Positions 34,182-44,561 of a DNA stretch of 64,000 bases are shown here, one piece after another. The stretch is taken from positions 186,001-250,000 of the forward strand of contig OZ251240.1 of the NCBI GenBank assembly GCA_965240325.2, read 5' to 3'. Numbering within the stretch: position 1 is the first letter of the stretch; each line of letters begins with the position of its first letter. This stretch comes from Rebecca billardiae RCC1528. Its lineage: Eukaryota; Protista; Haptophyta. The position numbers and the translations under genes are program-made. The notes under the pieces are model-generated. The model did no database searches. It was given only the letters and a program-made list of their open reading frames with translations, and was not told the origin of the DNA.

Positions 34182-35168
34182 TCAGGAATGCAGCGGTCCC
34201 GCAGACAGACCCGCGGCTGCGGCGGGCCTGTGCGGTGCCATCCCGAGCTCGAGGAGCCGCCCCCTGACGCAGCGGAGCACGCGGCGCATGCCCTCGGCGC
34301 GCGGGTGCAGCAGGTCGGGCGCGAGGTCGGGGTCTATGCTGCCGGACGCGTTGAGCAGAGCGGGGCCGCAGTCCGCGCTGCCGACGCGCGCGCTGCCGTG
34401 CGTGCGCCGCAGCCGATCGAGCGCCACCGGCAGCGCGGCGTTCACCGCGGAGACGAGCGGCGCAAACGATGGCGCCGCGTCGGGCCCGGCGCGTGCGGAG
34501 AGCGCCACGCGCAACGCGGCGCCTTTCGGCGTGTCCGCGCGCGGCAGCAGCGCGAGGACGAGCAGCCGCGCGCGCGTGTGCGCCAGCAGCCAGCTGGCCA
34601 CCGCCTCGATGCCGCGCACCGCCTGGGCGGGCGTGTGGCCAAAGCCCAGGTTGTTCGTGCCGATGAGGATCACGACGGGCACGCCGCGCTCGCGCAGCGG
34701 CGCCTCGTACTCGCCGTGCACCAGCCGCCACAGCAGGTGCTGCGTCTGGTCACCGCCGATCGCGAGGGGCAGCGGCCGCAGCAGGCCGAGCTCCTGGGCA
34801 AGCACGGGCGGCACGTCGCGGCACCACTCGCGCGGCTTGCCCACCTGCCGGCCGGTGAGCGACTCGGTGATCGAGTCACCGAGCAGGACGACCCCCGCCG
34901 TCGGCCCGTCCCGCGCCGCCACCCTGCACAGGTGCGCGTGCGCCTTGAACCAGTCGGGGTACTGCCGCTTGAAGCGCGTCGTGCCGAGCGTGCGCGGCGT
35001 CGGCTCGTCGGGCCGCTCGCTGCAGGTGCCGTTGGCGTGACACATGGGGTGCGGGGAGCGCCAGTCCCAGGACTCGTGCGCGGGGTCCATGCCCGGCCAG
35101 GCGCGAGCACGGGGCCCTGCCACGCACGGCGCGAGCACGAGGCCGATCAGAGCGCCGCGCGACGCCAT
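34182..35168 (-). CDS. SGNH/GDSL hydrolase (PAF-acetylhydrolase Ib-like), secreted
   Basis: Blocks LLGDSITE, IGGDQTQHLLWRL..GE, ILIGTNN and DLLHP; N-terminal signal-like segment. Confidence 0.9.
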   Translation of the reverse strand: MASRGALIGLVLAPCVAGPRARAWPGMDPAHESWDWRSPHPMCHANGTCSERPDEPTPRTLGTTRFKRQYPDWFKAHAHLCRVAARDGPTAGVVLLGDSITESLTGRQVGKPREWCRDVPPVLAQELGLLRPLPLAIGGDQTQHLLWRLVHGEYEAPLRERGVPVVILIGTNNLGFGHTPAQAVRGIEAVASWLLAHTRARLLVLALLPRADTPKGAALRVALSARAGPDAAPSFAPLVSAVNAALPVALDRLRRTHGSARVGSADCGPALLNASGSIDPDLAPDLLHPRAEGMRRVLRCVRGRLLELGMAPHRPAAAAGLSAGPLHS

Positions 35169-35246
35169 CGTGGGAGGCTCAGAGCCTCAGACTAATTCGC
35201 GCGCCCGGATTTGCGACTCGTTGATCGCGAGGCGAAACGACAATCA

Positions 35247-36424
35247 ATGGTGTCTGCACCGCTGCTCCCACCACTCCGCCCCGCGCGCGCGGAGAGCGAG
35301 GCGGCGGCGCTCGTCCATGCCGCGGCGCGCGGCGACGTGGCGAGCGTCCGCCAGCAGCTCGACGCGGGCGCTGACGCGCGCGCGCGCGACGGCGCGAGCA
35401 AGCGGAGCGCGCTGCACGCGGGCGCGGCGCACGGCTCGGTCGCGTGCGTGCAGGCCCTCCTCGCGGCGGGCGCGGACACCGCCGCGGCCGACGGCTCGGG
35501 CGAGTCGGCGCTGCACGCCGCCGCGCGCCACGGCCACACCGCCGTCGTGCAGCAGCTCCTCTTCGCCTCCGCGGACGTGGACGCGCTGGACGCCGAGCGC
35601 ACGCGCGCGCTCCACCTCGCAGCCGAGGGCGGGCACGAGTCGACGCTGCGGCTGCTCCTCGCGCGCGGCGCGAGCGTGGTCGGCTCGGACGCGCCCGGCG
35701 CGGTGCGCCCGCGCTCCGCCCTCGAGCGCGCCGCCGACCGCGGCCACGCCGAGTGCGTCCGGCTGCTGCTGCGCGCCGCCCCGCCGGGCTCGCTCAGCGG
35801 CCCGCTGCTCGAGGCCGCCCTGCTGTGGGCGGTGTCGGAGGGCTCGGTGGGCTGCGCGGCGCTGCTGATCGAGGCGCGCGCGGAGGTGGGCGGCGGCGGC
35901 GGCGGCGGCGCGGGCGGCGCGCTCCACGCCGCCGCGCGCCGCGGCCACGTCGACGCCACCCTGCTGCTGCTCCGCGCGCGCGCCGACGTGCACGCTGAAG
36001 ACGCTCACGGCCGCACGGCTCTGCTGCTGGCGTGCCAGCCGCTCTCGCGCGCGTGCGAGCCGCCGGCGGGGTGCGGCGGCGGCGGCGGGCCGGCGCCGCC
36101 GTCGCGCGGCGCGCTCGGCGTCGTGCAGCTGCTCTGCGCCCACGGCGCGCGCCGCGTGAGCAGCCGCACCGGCCGCGAGCGCACGTGTGCAGAGACGGTC
36201 GCCAAGCGCCACATGGTGCCGCGCGTGCTCAACTGGCTGATCCAGACGCGGCACTGGACGACGCCGCTGCACCACGTGGGGCTGGGCTGGGCGCTGGGCG
36301 AGGCGCGCACGCGCGCGCTGCTGCGCGCGGGCGCGGACGTGCACGCGCGCGCCGCGCCCGGCGCGCCGAGCCCGCTGTGCCTTGCGCGCGCACTCCTGCG
36401 ACACGGGGCGGACGCGCACGCGGA

Positions 36425-36456
<32 letters not shown>

Positions 36457-36788
36457 GCGCGGGCGCGGACGCGGACGCGGCGGATGCCGAGGCGTGCGAC
36501 CCGGAGGCGCGCCGCTCGGCGCGGCTCGTCGTGCGCGCCGCGGCGCCGTGGAGCCGCGCGAACCACGAGCTCTTCCCAGAGCCGGCGCGGCGGCACGCAC
36601 ACGCGCTGCTCACCATCGCGCGCCAGCTCGCGCGCTCGGGCGCGGCGCTCGGTGCGGGCGGCCGCTCCCACGGCGACGCGCTGCTGGACGTGTGGGAGCG
36701 CGACGTGATGCCCAGGGTGCTGGCGCGCGGCGCGGCGCCGCCGGGGATCGAGCGCGTGTGCGCGATGGCGGGGGCCGAGCCGAGCTGA
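35247..36788 (+). CDS. Ankyrin-repeat protein
   Basis: Canonical repeats SALHAAARHGH, ALHLAAEGGH and GRTALLLAC; C-terminal WS..NH.LFP motif; ATG at 35247. Confidence 0.88.
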
Positions 36789-37161
36789 GGGCACGAGGCA
36801 GACGCCCGCGCATCTTATCGCGAGGCGCATGCGCCTGCAGCATGCTGACGAGGTGACAGGCTCCGGGACTTGATCGTCGATGGCAAAGTCTGCAACTATA
36901 AGCTGAGTATAGTAGTCTTATTGCACTTATTATTTCAGTCTAAGAAGACGACGAGACGCGCGCACGCAGCTCATCGGGCACTCGCCAATCTAGCTCCGTG
37001 AGCTCTGGGCTGATCGATACGATTATATACGTAGACGGTGACGCGATGCTTGTCGTCCACCATTTATTCAGTGCCAACATATACACTGCTACGATCGTCA
37101 TCGTCGTCATTTATTGATACTACTATACTCTAGTGCGAGATCGCTCGCGTCGTACATCATC

Positions 37162-37253
37162 ACTAGCTTACTGTACGGTACTTTATTGATCATGTACTAC
37201 TACTACTACAAACAATGAAACATTCCGCCCTACAGTTTACTATCTATGTTTTA
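37162..37253 (+). repeat. ~85-bp AT-rich direct repeat (second copy 38802..38879)
   Basis: ACTAGCTTACTGTACGGTACTTTAT..ATCATGTACTACTACTACTACAAAC..ATTCCGCCCTACAGTTTACTAT in both places. Confidence 0.85.
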
Positions 37254-37699
37254 TGGATACCCCTCTTTAGGCTACGAACTTTTGAGAATTTGAGATATTC
37301 TCATTTGGTTCAAGATCGGCCGTGATAGGGGGGGATACTACGAACAATGTGGAGATTTTCTTTACGACCCATCCGCGCTATACTCATTCTATGATTTAAC
37401 GACACAGGTAGGACGACGCGGGTCTCCTGATTCGTCGGCGGCAGTGCCCGATCGTCGACACGAAGTAGTCGGCGTTGGTGGCAGAGCATAGCCTGCACCG
37501 CGATCGGATTGCTTGAGCGCGGCCTTGAGCTGCTGGAGCGCGATCCACCTGCGCTGCGCGGCTCGCATGGCCCTGCTGTGCCCCGAGCGAGGGCGATGGT
37601 GCAGGTCCGGATGTCAGCTGGCAGTCTCAGCCGCTGGTAGGCAGCTGGTGCACGTGTCTGCGACCCTTTCCGCACTACTGAGCTTTCCATACAGCAATA

Positions 37700-38561
37700 T
37701 GTCAAGCTTTTGAGCCGAGTCCTTAACCACTCGGACACGCAAAAGCTCCCACGACGCAACATGGCGCGGTTCGACTCCGGTTGCGCAAACGCTCTTTCGC
37801 CCGAAAGTGCGCTTCTTCTTCACTCCCGCTGAACGGGGTGAAGATCCGTCCCTGAAAGGCTCATGAGAGCGGGACGGCGGATGGCCCGCGGCCCGTCGGA
37901 ACGCTGGTGAAGGAACAACACCAGGCTAAAGAACAAACCCGCCGGAAGGAACCGCGTTGATGTTTATTCCGCCTTACCAGTTCCCCGGTCACGCAGGGGC
38001 TTATCACAGTGTCCCTGCGGACGTCGTCAGCAGCGCCGTCCGTGCGGACGAGCGGGCGGTGCAGGTCCTCAGAAACGAATGCAAAAAGCGGTGGGGGGCA
38101 AACGGCCGCCATACGTAACTGGCAGCGCAGCTTTCGCCTGCAGCTCTGCAGGCAGTGCCGGATACTTCGACCATCCGGACGGTTGGAGCCAACCGCCCGG
38201 AGAAGAAAAGAAATCGTGCACGTAGGAAATTCGGGATTAATACAACACCCCCCCTCGACATCATGCCGAAGGCGACGGAGGTGGTGGAGCAGCATGCAGT
38301 ATCGCCACGACGTGTTTGAGAAAAGTACTCGTCGCGGTAGCCTTGGTCATGATGTCGGACCGGTTGTCGTCGGTCGACACCTTCTGGATCAGCACGGCGC
38401 CCACAACACCAGGCTAAAGAACAAACCCGCCGGAAGGAACCGCGTTATGTCAAGCTTTTGAGCCGAGTCCTTAACCACTCGGACACGCAAAAGCTCCCAC
38501 GACGCGTCGTGGGGGCTTTTGCGTGTCCGAGTGGTTAAGGACTCGGCTCAAAAGCTTAACA
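37700..38561 (-). mobile_element. Rearranged Ty1/Copia-derived non-autonomous element with inverted ends and 5-bp TSD (CAATA)
   Basis: The minus strand at ~38401-38261 encodes GAVLIQKVSTDDNRSDIMTKA...FLKH (Copia RNase H C-terminus), then a polypurine tract and TGTTG at 38247. Ends TGTCAAGCTTTTGAG.../...CTCAAAAGCTTAACA are inverted. CAATA flanks at 37695-37699 and 38562-38566. Confidence 0.8.
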
Positions 38562-38998
38562 CAATATCCTCTGCATACTGACTACTTATTCACAAGAGAA
38601 CTACACTGAGCCCTTCAATAGAGGAAAGTGCGGTTGTGCAGTACTCAGTAGGTGTGTGGTGGGAGCTGCCCCTCGCGCACGCCGGCCGCGGCACGGTGAC
38701 GACCCACGGCGCGAGCATGGGCGTGGCTTCGGCGGAGGCGTAGGCGGGGGGCGTGGCGGCCGAGTCATTCGCCGCGCGCGCCTGCTGCAGCGGCAGCCTG
38801 TACTAGCTTACTGTACGGTACTTTATCATCATGTACTACTACTACTACAAACATTCCGCCCTACAGTTTACTATGTTTTAACGTGCCACAGTAGGTACAT
38901 GCAAACGTTCGACGCACCACCAAAAAAAAGCTCAAGGTAGCTCTGCACCCAACGGCATCCGGCCGCAAATCACCTGTCACCACCCCTCCCACGCACGC

Positions 38999-40612
38999 AT
39001 GGCCCGCGGCACCTCGCGTATCTCGGCTGCACGCGCGGCCCCGCTGCTCGCGCTCGCGCTCACGTGCGTGCCCGCGCCGCTCCTCGCCATGCCGCTCGGC
39101 GATGCGGCGGCTGCGCGCTCGGCGCACACGAGTCACGTGCGAGCACGCGCCCTGCTCGCAGCGGCCGCGGCTGACGAACTACACAACGGCACGGCCGCGG
39201 CGGCGTGTGACAGCGGCGCGTGCGAGACGAATGCGACGGCTGCCTCTACGCCCCAATACAACGCGAAGTCACCCGACAACACCACCGAGCACGCGGCCGC
39301 GCCTGCCCCGCCGCTGCTGCCCAATCGCACGGCGCGCGAGCCGAGCGCCCCGGCGGATGCAGGCGAAACGCTGCCGATGGAGAGCGACGTGGGCGAGCCC
39401 GAGGCGCAGGACGAGCGGCTGGAGACGGCGCTGTGCCTCCAGCGCATCGGCCGGGAGGACAAGCGCTTCCTCTTCTCGCCCGATACGGTGCTCGAGAAGC
39501 TCGGCCTTGCGGCGGTGGTGCTCCTGGCCGCGGCGGGCGCCATGGCCATGGGCTGGCTGGTGATGCGGACGTATCGCCGCGGCGGCTGGGAGCCCTCCAA
39601 GAAGGCGGTGAAGATGCTCGGCGGCGCGCTGCTCGCAACCACCGACGGCGTGACGGACGTGCTGCTTGCGACCGAGTGGTACCGTTGCGGCCACCACGTC
39701 TGGGCGGCGATCGCGCTCACCTGCGTCGGGCTGAACACGCTGGCGGCGCTCATCTTCGGCGTGGTGGGGGGCATCGCGATCACCGAGAGCTGCAGCGAGA
39801 GCGCCGGGGCGGCCGTGTCGAGCGTGCTGCAGCTCGGCGCCGTGTACGCGGCGGTGGTGCGCGTGTGGCGCGGCCAGCACGTCGACCCAGGTGAGGCACG
39901 GTGGGTGCTCCTCCTCAAGCAGTTGGAGGTGGGTCTCGAGGCGGCGCCGCAGGTGTTCCTGCAGGGGTACGTGCTGCTGTGGCTGGGCGCGGAGCGCGCG
40001 TCGGCGCTGTCGTGGGTCTCGCTCGTCGTCTCGGTTGCGGGCATGAGCCTCGTGCTCGGCGACTTCCACACCGACATGATGCGCAACTTCAACTATCCCG
40101 GCGCGCGCGACGGCAGCGGGGGCGACGGCGGCGGCTCGGTGTGGGCAGCACGCGCGCTCGGTCCGCTCGGCGTGGTGAGCCGCGCGCTGCCGATCGCGCT
40201 GTTCGGCTGCGCGCTGGGCAACTGGCTGGCGCCGCTGCTGTTCGGCGCGTTCGCCGTGCTCGTCGCCCTCGTGCGCTTCGCGCTGAGGGAAAGCAGCGGG
40301 TGTGTGGCGTGGGGCGGTGGCGTGGGCTGGTCCTTCCTCGTCTACGCGGCCACGCCCGTTGTGCTCCTGGGGGGCGTCACCAGCGCGCGCGGCGAGGCGC
40401 GTATCGTTGCGTGGACGGCGGCGGTCGAGCTCGCGCTCGGCGCCACAGCGCTCGGCTCTCCGTCGCCCTGGCGCGCCGCGCAGCCCACCGGCTTGCTGGT
40501 GGGCGCCGCGTGTCTGTTTGGCGTGTGCTGGCTGGGCCGGCTGGGCGCAGCCGCCGTGCTGCTGCGCGCCAAGGCGCACGAGCAGCACGAGGTGCTGGCG
40601 CTGCTGCTCTGA
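38999..40612 (+). CDS. XK-related (XKR scramblase family) membrane protein with N-terminal signal/extension
   Basis: DGVTDVLLATEWY..GH..W and LEVGLEAAPQVFLQGY match XK-family D..TD and E..PQ..LQ motifs; multiple TM helices. Confidence 0.8.
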   Translation: MARGTSRISAARAAPLLALALTCVPAPLLAMPLGDAAAARSAHTSHVRARALLAAAAADELHNGTAAAACDSGACETNATAASTPQYNAKSPDNTTEHAAAPAPPLLPNRTAREPSAPADAGETLPMESDVGEPEAQDERLETALCLQRIGREDKRFLFSPDTVLEKLGLAAVVLLAAAGAMAMGWLVMRTYRRGGWEPSKKAVKMLGGALLATTDGVTDVLLATEWYRCGHHVWAAIALTCVGLNTLAALIFGVVGGIAITESCSESAGAAVSSVLQLGAVYAAVVRVWRGQHVDPGEARWVLLLKQLEVGLEAAPQVFLQGYVLLWLGAERASALSWVSLVVSVAGMSLVLGDFHTDMMRNFNYPGARDGSGGDGGGSVWAARALGPLGVVSRALPIALFGCALGNWLAPLLFGAFAVLVALVRFALRESSGCVAWGGGVGWSFLVYAATPVVLLGGVTSARGEARIVAWTAAVELALGATALGSPSPWRAAQPTGLLVGAACLFGVCWLGRLGAAAVLLRAKAHEQHEVLALLL

Positions 40613-40731
40613 GCGTGCGCGCAGCAGCAGAGCTCTATCAGCCTCAGCAAGCTGTATACGACTGCGCCATGCGCGAGATCGTCGACGTTGTGGCCCGCGG
40701 CCCAGGGCGGAGCGCGCAGCGTGGAGCCCGC

Positions 40732-41291
40732 CGCCGAGCCCCGCCGCTGCCGCCGAGGCGGACGAGGAGGCAGCTGGCCTCCCGCCGCACCGCGGCCACC
40801 GACAGCCGCCGCCGCCGCCGCTACAGCAGGAGGACCGCCCGGCCGTTGTCCTGCTAGTTGTGAACCCGACGCCCTCCAACGCGACGCTCGCCATCGACGG
40901 CGGCGGCGCGGTCGGCGCGACACTGCCGCGGGACGAGTACGTGCTCAGCGCGCCGACGCTGCGCTCGACGCGCGTCGCGCTCAACGGCCGCTCGCTGCGC
41001 GCCGGCGCGGACGGACAGATCCCAGAGCTCCGCCCGAGGCGGCTGGACGCGACGGCGCACTCCGAGCCCGAACCGCCGCGCGCCGGCGCCGCCGTCGGCG
41101 CCGCCGATGGGCGCGCGGCCGCTGAGACCGAGCCGGCCGGCGCCGAGGACGCGGGCGGCGCGCGCTCGATGGAGCTGCACGTGCGCGCGCACACGATCGG
41201 ATTCTACGTGCTGCCCGCCGCCGGGCCGCAGTATCTGCGCGCGGCGTGCGCGCCGCTCGGAGCCCGCGATGGCGGCGGCGGCGTTGATTGA
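40732..41291 (+). pseudogene. Orphan 3' fragment of a heparanase-like (GH79) gene
   Basis: VVLLVVN...RDEYVLSAPTLRSTRVALNGRSL.....IPEL.P...HTIGFYVLPAA....AC matches the GH79 C-terminal beta-sandwich pattern. No catalytic domain lies upstream; the fragment starts at the duplication breakpoint. Confidence 0.7.
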
Positions 41292-41669
41292 CGGTGTGCA
41301 GGATGCTGCTCACACCTCGGCGGTGCCCACCTGTGCAGCTGCAGTCACGGTCGCGATGTGACAGACGGCGAGGAGGCCAGGCGGATCGATATGCACTGAT
41401 GTGAGTGATGACGACAGACGATATACTGCTCACTCTATAACTGTCAACGCCCGAACGGTCTGCTGTTCAATATATATATATATATATAGCAGCAGCATCG
41501 TCGATCGGCCGGATCGGATCTGATTAGCGACTGATATACGGCGCTCGCGGCTATACGCCACATCGCCGCCGCGCGCGGCCGCGCGCCCGCCGGCGTCACA
41601 GTTATCACGCGAGTGGCATGCTGCCGGGCCCGGGGCCCGGGGCCGGGCGCGCCGCGGGGCGCGCGGCGC

Positions 41670-41869
41670 NNNNNNNNNNNNNNNNNNNNNNNNNNNNNNN
41701 NNNNNNNNNNNNNNNNNNNNNNNNNNNNNNNNNNNNNNNNNNNNNNNNNNNNNNNNNNNNNNNNNNNNNNNNNNNNNNNNNNNNNNNNNNNNNNNNNNNN
41801 NNNNNNNNNNNNNNNNNNNNNNNNNNNNNNNNNNNNNNNNNNNNNNNNNNNNNNNNNNNNNNNNNNNNN
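41670..41869. other. Assembly gap (200 N)
   Basis: Run of 200 N, consistent with a fixed-size scaffolding gap. Confidence 0.99.
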
Positions 41870-42363
41870 CCAACAGTGTACCAACTCGTCCTAGGTTAGG
41901 GTTAGGGTTAGACCCCCCGATGTACCAGGGATTCTGGGTGTACCAGGTACACCCAGGAAAGTGTACCAGCTCTGAATCGCCGACGATGGTACACTATTGG
42001 TACATTCATGAAAAGTTGGTACATTGATGGTACATTGGGGGACGGTTGGTACACATCATGGTATGGTACATTTGGTACATCGTTGGGACACATTGGTACA
42101 TTCTTCGGACGAGTTGGTACATTTGGGAGGAGTTGGTACATCAGGTAATGTACCAACATGTGCATGTGGATGTACCAAAATGTACCATGGTACACCCAAT
42201 GACATTTCAGTACATTGTCAGGATGCGTTGGTACACTTTGGTACACTATTGATACACTATTGGTACACTTGGTACATCTTTACATGTACCAATAGTGTAC
42301 CAATAGTGTACCAATTGTGTACCAAAGTGTACCATGGTACATCCGCTTAGCTCGGTACACTCC
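41870..42363. mobile_element. Right half of the GTAC foldback element (copy 2, truncated by the gap)
   Basis: Matches 26280-26773, including the TTAGGG repeats. Confidence 0.85.
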
Positions 42364-42433
42364 TCAGAGGAGGCACCGCGCTGCGAGTCGCGAGACCGAC
42401 CAGTCCGCTTCAACCTCCCGCTCGCGCTACTGT

Positions 42434-44173
42434 ATGCCGAGCACGGCGTCGCCTTCGACCACTGCCGAGCGCGCCGCGCGACGCGCCGGGCTTCGCGATC
42501 GCTACCTCGCGACGGTGCTGCACGCTCGGCGCGCCGCGCGCGAGCGGCCGGCGGGCGGGCGCCCCGCGACGGTGTCCGATGGCGCCGCTGTCGTTTTGCG
42601 GGGCATCGGGGCTAAACGGCGCGCGCTCGACGGCGCGCGCGCGCGCATCGTGGCCGCGCACCAGCCGGGCGGGTGGGCCACCGTGTGCGTGCACGGCGAG
42701 CTTGTCCGCTGGCGCTCCGGTCACTGGAGCGTCGAGGCGGCAGCGCCCGCGGCTGCGCAGGCCACCGCGCAGCCGGCCACGCCGGCCGCTGCTGAGGCGG
42801 CTCCGCCGGCCGCTGCGGAGGCGCCGGCGTCGGCTGCTGCCGAGGTGGCTCCGCCGGCCGGAGCCACGCTCCTCAACCTCAGCACCGAGCTGCTTGCGCT
42901 CGTGCTCGCGCTGTGTGACTCGCCCACCGCCGCGGTGCGCGCGACCGGAGCGTGCACGCAGCTCCGGCGCGCCGGCCTGCAGCCGTGCGCGTGGCCGAGC
43001 GCCGACTTCCTGGCCGTGCGCCCGGCGGACGGGCTGCACTTCCTGCTCCACCTCGGCCGCGTGGGCGCGCGCATTGAGCACCTGCGCATCCACTTCGGCA
43101 AGGCCGAGGCCGGGCTGCTGTGCTGGCTGCTCGAGCGGTGCGAGCTGGGCGGCCTGCAGCGCGCGGAGCTCGTGCTGCACATGGCGCCGCAGCTGCAGGT
43201 CTGCGGGCGCGCGCGGGGCGCCTTGGGGCTGGGCAGCTGGGCGGAGCCGGTGTGCGTCGATCTGACGCGCGGCCGCCGCGGGGCGTCGACGCGCGGGTAC
43301 GTCGAGCTACCGCGGCCAGGCACGCCGCCTGCTGTGGCGGCTGCGAGCCGGTTGGCGCGGCTGTCTGGGCCGCACGCGGCGCGTGTGCTCGCGCTGTGCG
43401 CCCGCCCGCACGGCTTGCTCGCGCATCTCGCAAGCCGCGCTCACGCGCTGCGCGAGCTCGACATCTGCGGCGTCGCGGGCATGAACGTGTACGGCGTGGA
43501 CGCCCAGGCCGTGCGCGCGCTGAGCGCGCTGCAGCAGCTGCACCGGCTGCGCATCAGCACGAAGGCCATCAGTGGCGTTGCAGAATTTGTGGGCGCGGAG
43601 ATCGTCTCGCTGGTGGAGGAGGCTGTGCCGCACCTGCCGAGCCTGCGCACGCTCGAGCTGAGCTTCTGCTACCGCGAGCCGCTGACGATTCGCTCGCCGT
43701 CGCTCGAGCTGCTCGACTTGACGGCCCTCGGCAAGCACACCTTTGTGGGCTCCGTGCACTGCCCCCGGCTGCGGACCCTCCTGCTGGGCGAGGAGGGCTT
43801 CTACGCGAGCGGGCTGCTGCCGTGTGTGAAGGTCAGCTACCCGCACGCGCCCGGGGCCAGAGATGAGTCCAGGTACGTCGCATCCGGCGCGTCGGGGCAC
43901 TTTAGAGAAGGGCGCACGTGGCCGCCCCACCGCGCTCCGGATGGGTGGGGCCGCCCGCGTGAGGACCATACTACTTTTGGCGCGTTCCTGCACATTCGGT
44001 GCGGCGAGCGGGTGGTCGTGGACGCGCTCACTGGTGAGAGCCTGTGGGCCCATCTGGGGGATGCCGCGAGCCACGGGCTGCTGCGCGTCGTGCCCGTCGC
44101 CCTCCCACCAGGCTGCCGTGTCACTCGTGTTCGCCGGGACTGGCACGGGCGGCTCGGTCTCGACTACTACTGA
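42434..44173 (+). CDS. F-box/LRR-like protein (copy 2)
   Basis: Same translation as 26844..28583. Confidence 0.65.
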   Translation: MPSTASPSTTAERAARRAGLRDRYLATVLHARRAARERPAGGRPATVSDGAAVVLRGIGAKRRALDGARARIVAAHQPGGWATVCVHGELVRWRSGHWSVEAAAPAAAQATAQPATPAAAEAAPPAAAEAPASAAAEVAPPAGATLLNLSTELLALVLALCDSPTAAVRATGACTQLRRAGLQPCAWPSADFLAVRPADGLHFLLHLGRVGARIEHLRIHFGKAEAGLLCWLLERCELGGLQRAELVLHMAPQLQVCGRARGALGLGSWAEPVCVDLTRGRRGASTRGYVELPRPGTPPAVAAASRLARLSGPHAARVLALCARPHGLLAHLASRAHALRELDICGVAGMNVYGVDAQAVRALSALQQLHRLRISTKAISGVAEFVGAEIVSLVEEAVPHLPSLRTLELSFCYREPLTIRSPSLELLDLTALGKHTFVGSVHCPRLRTLLLGEEGFYASGLLPCVKVSYPHAPGARDESRYVASGASGHFREGRTWPPHRAPDGWGRPREDHTTFGAFLHIRCGERVVVDALTGESLWAHLGDAASHGLLRVVPVALPPGCRVTRVRRDWHGRLGLDYY

Positions 44174-44561
44174 ATATAGTAGGCGCGCTTGATATTGATA
44201 ATGATAATCAGCGGCGCGGAGCCGCGGCGGGACTCGGCCGGAGCGTCTAGCAACGACGACAACGGCGCCCTGACACTCAGCGTCAGTCACAGTGACACTG
44301 TCGTGACGATATCAGATATGATGATGATAATCTGATGATGATGACCATCATATCGTTTATAATAATATTGGTCCATGATGATGTACATACAGTATCATCA
44401 TACAGCATGTCGACGACGCGCCTGGCGGCGCCAGCCGCCAGGCGTCCTCGCGTACTTCAGAGGTCGCCTCGTACTTCACGGTGAGCGCCACATTCAGCAC
44501 GCCGGGAGGGCCTGCCGGAGGCCCTGCGGACGGCGGCAGCTCGGCCGCGCGCGGCGCGGTG

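Larger units (their letters stand above)
26280..40731 (+). repeat. 14.45-kb segment, copy 1 (copy 2 at 41870..56321, offset 15590)
   Basis: ORF sets are identical at offset 15590. The one difference noticed is T28824 versus C44414. Confidence 0.97.

Noticed and set aside
28972-36788. Endogenous giant-virus insertion (ankyrin and F-box genes)
   Set aside because: The genes have host-like GC content and host-type introns, and no viral hallmark genes are present.
37700-37790. tRNA gene
   Set aside because: The A-box-like and B-box-like motifs are on opposite strands and no cloverleaf forms; kept only as tRNA-like sequence within the element.
37162-38879. TRIM/LTR element defined by the outer ~85-bp direct repeats
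   Set aside because: No TG..CA ends, PBS or TSD; the repeats belong to the dispersed TACAGTTTACTA family.
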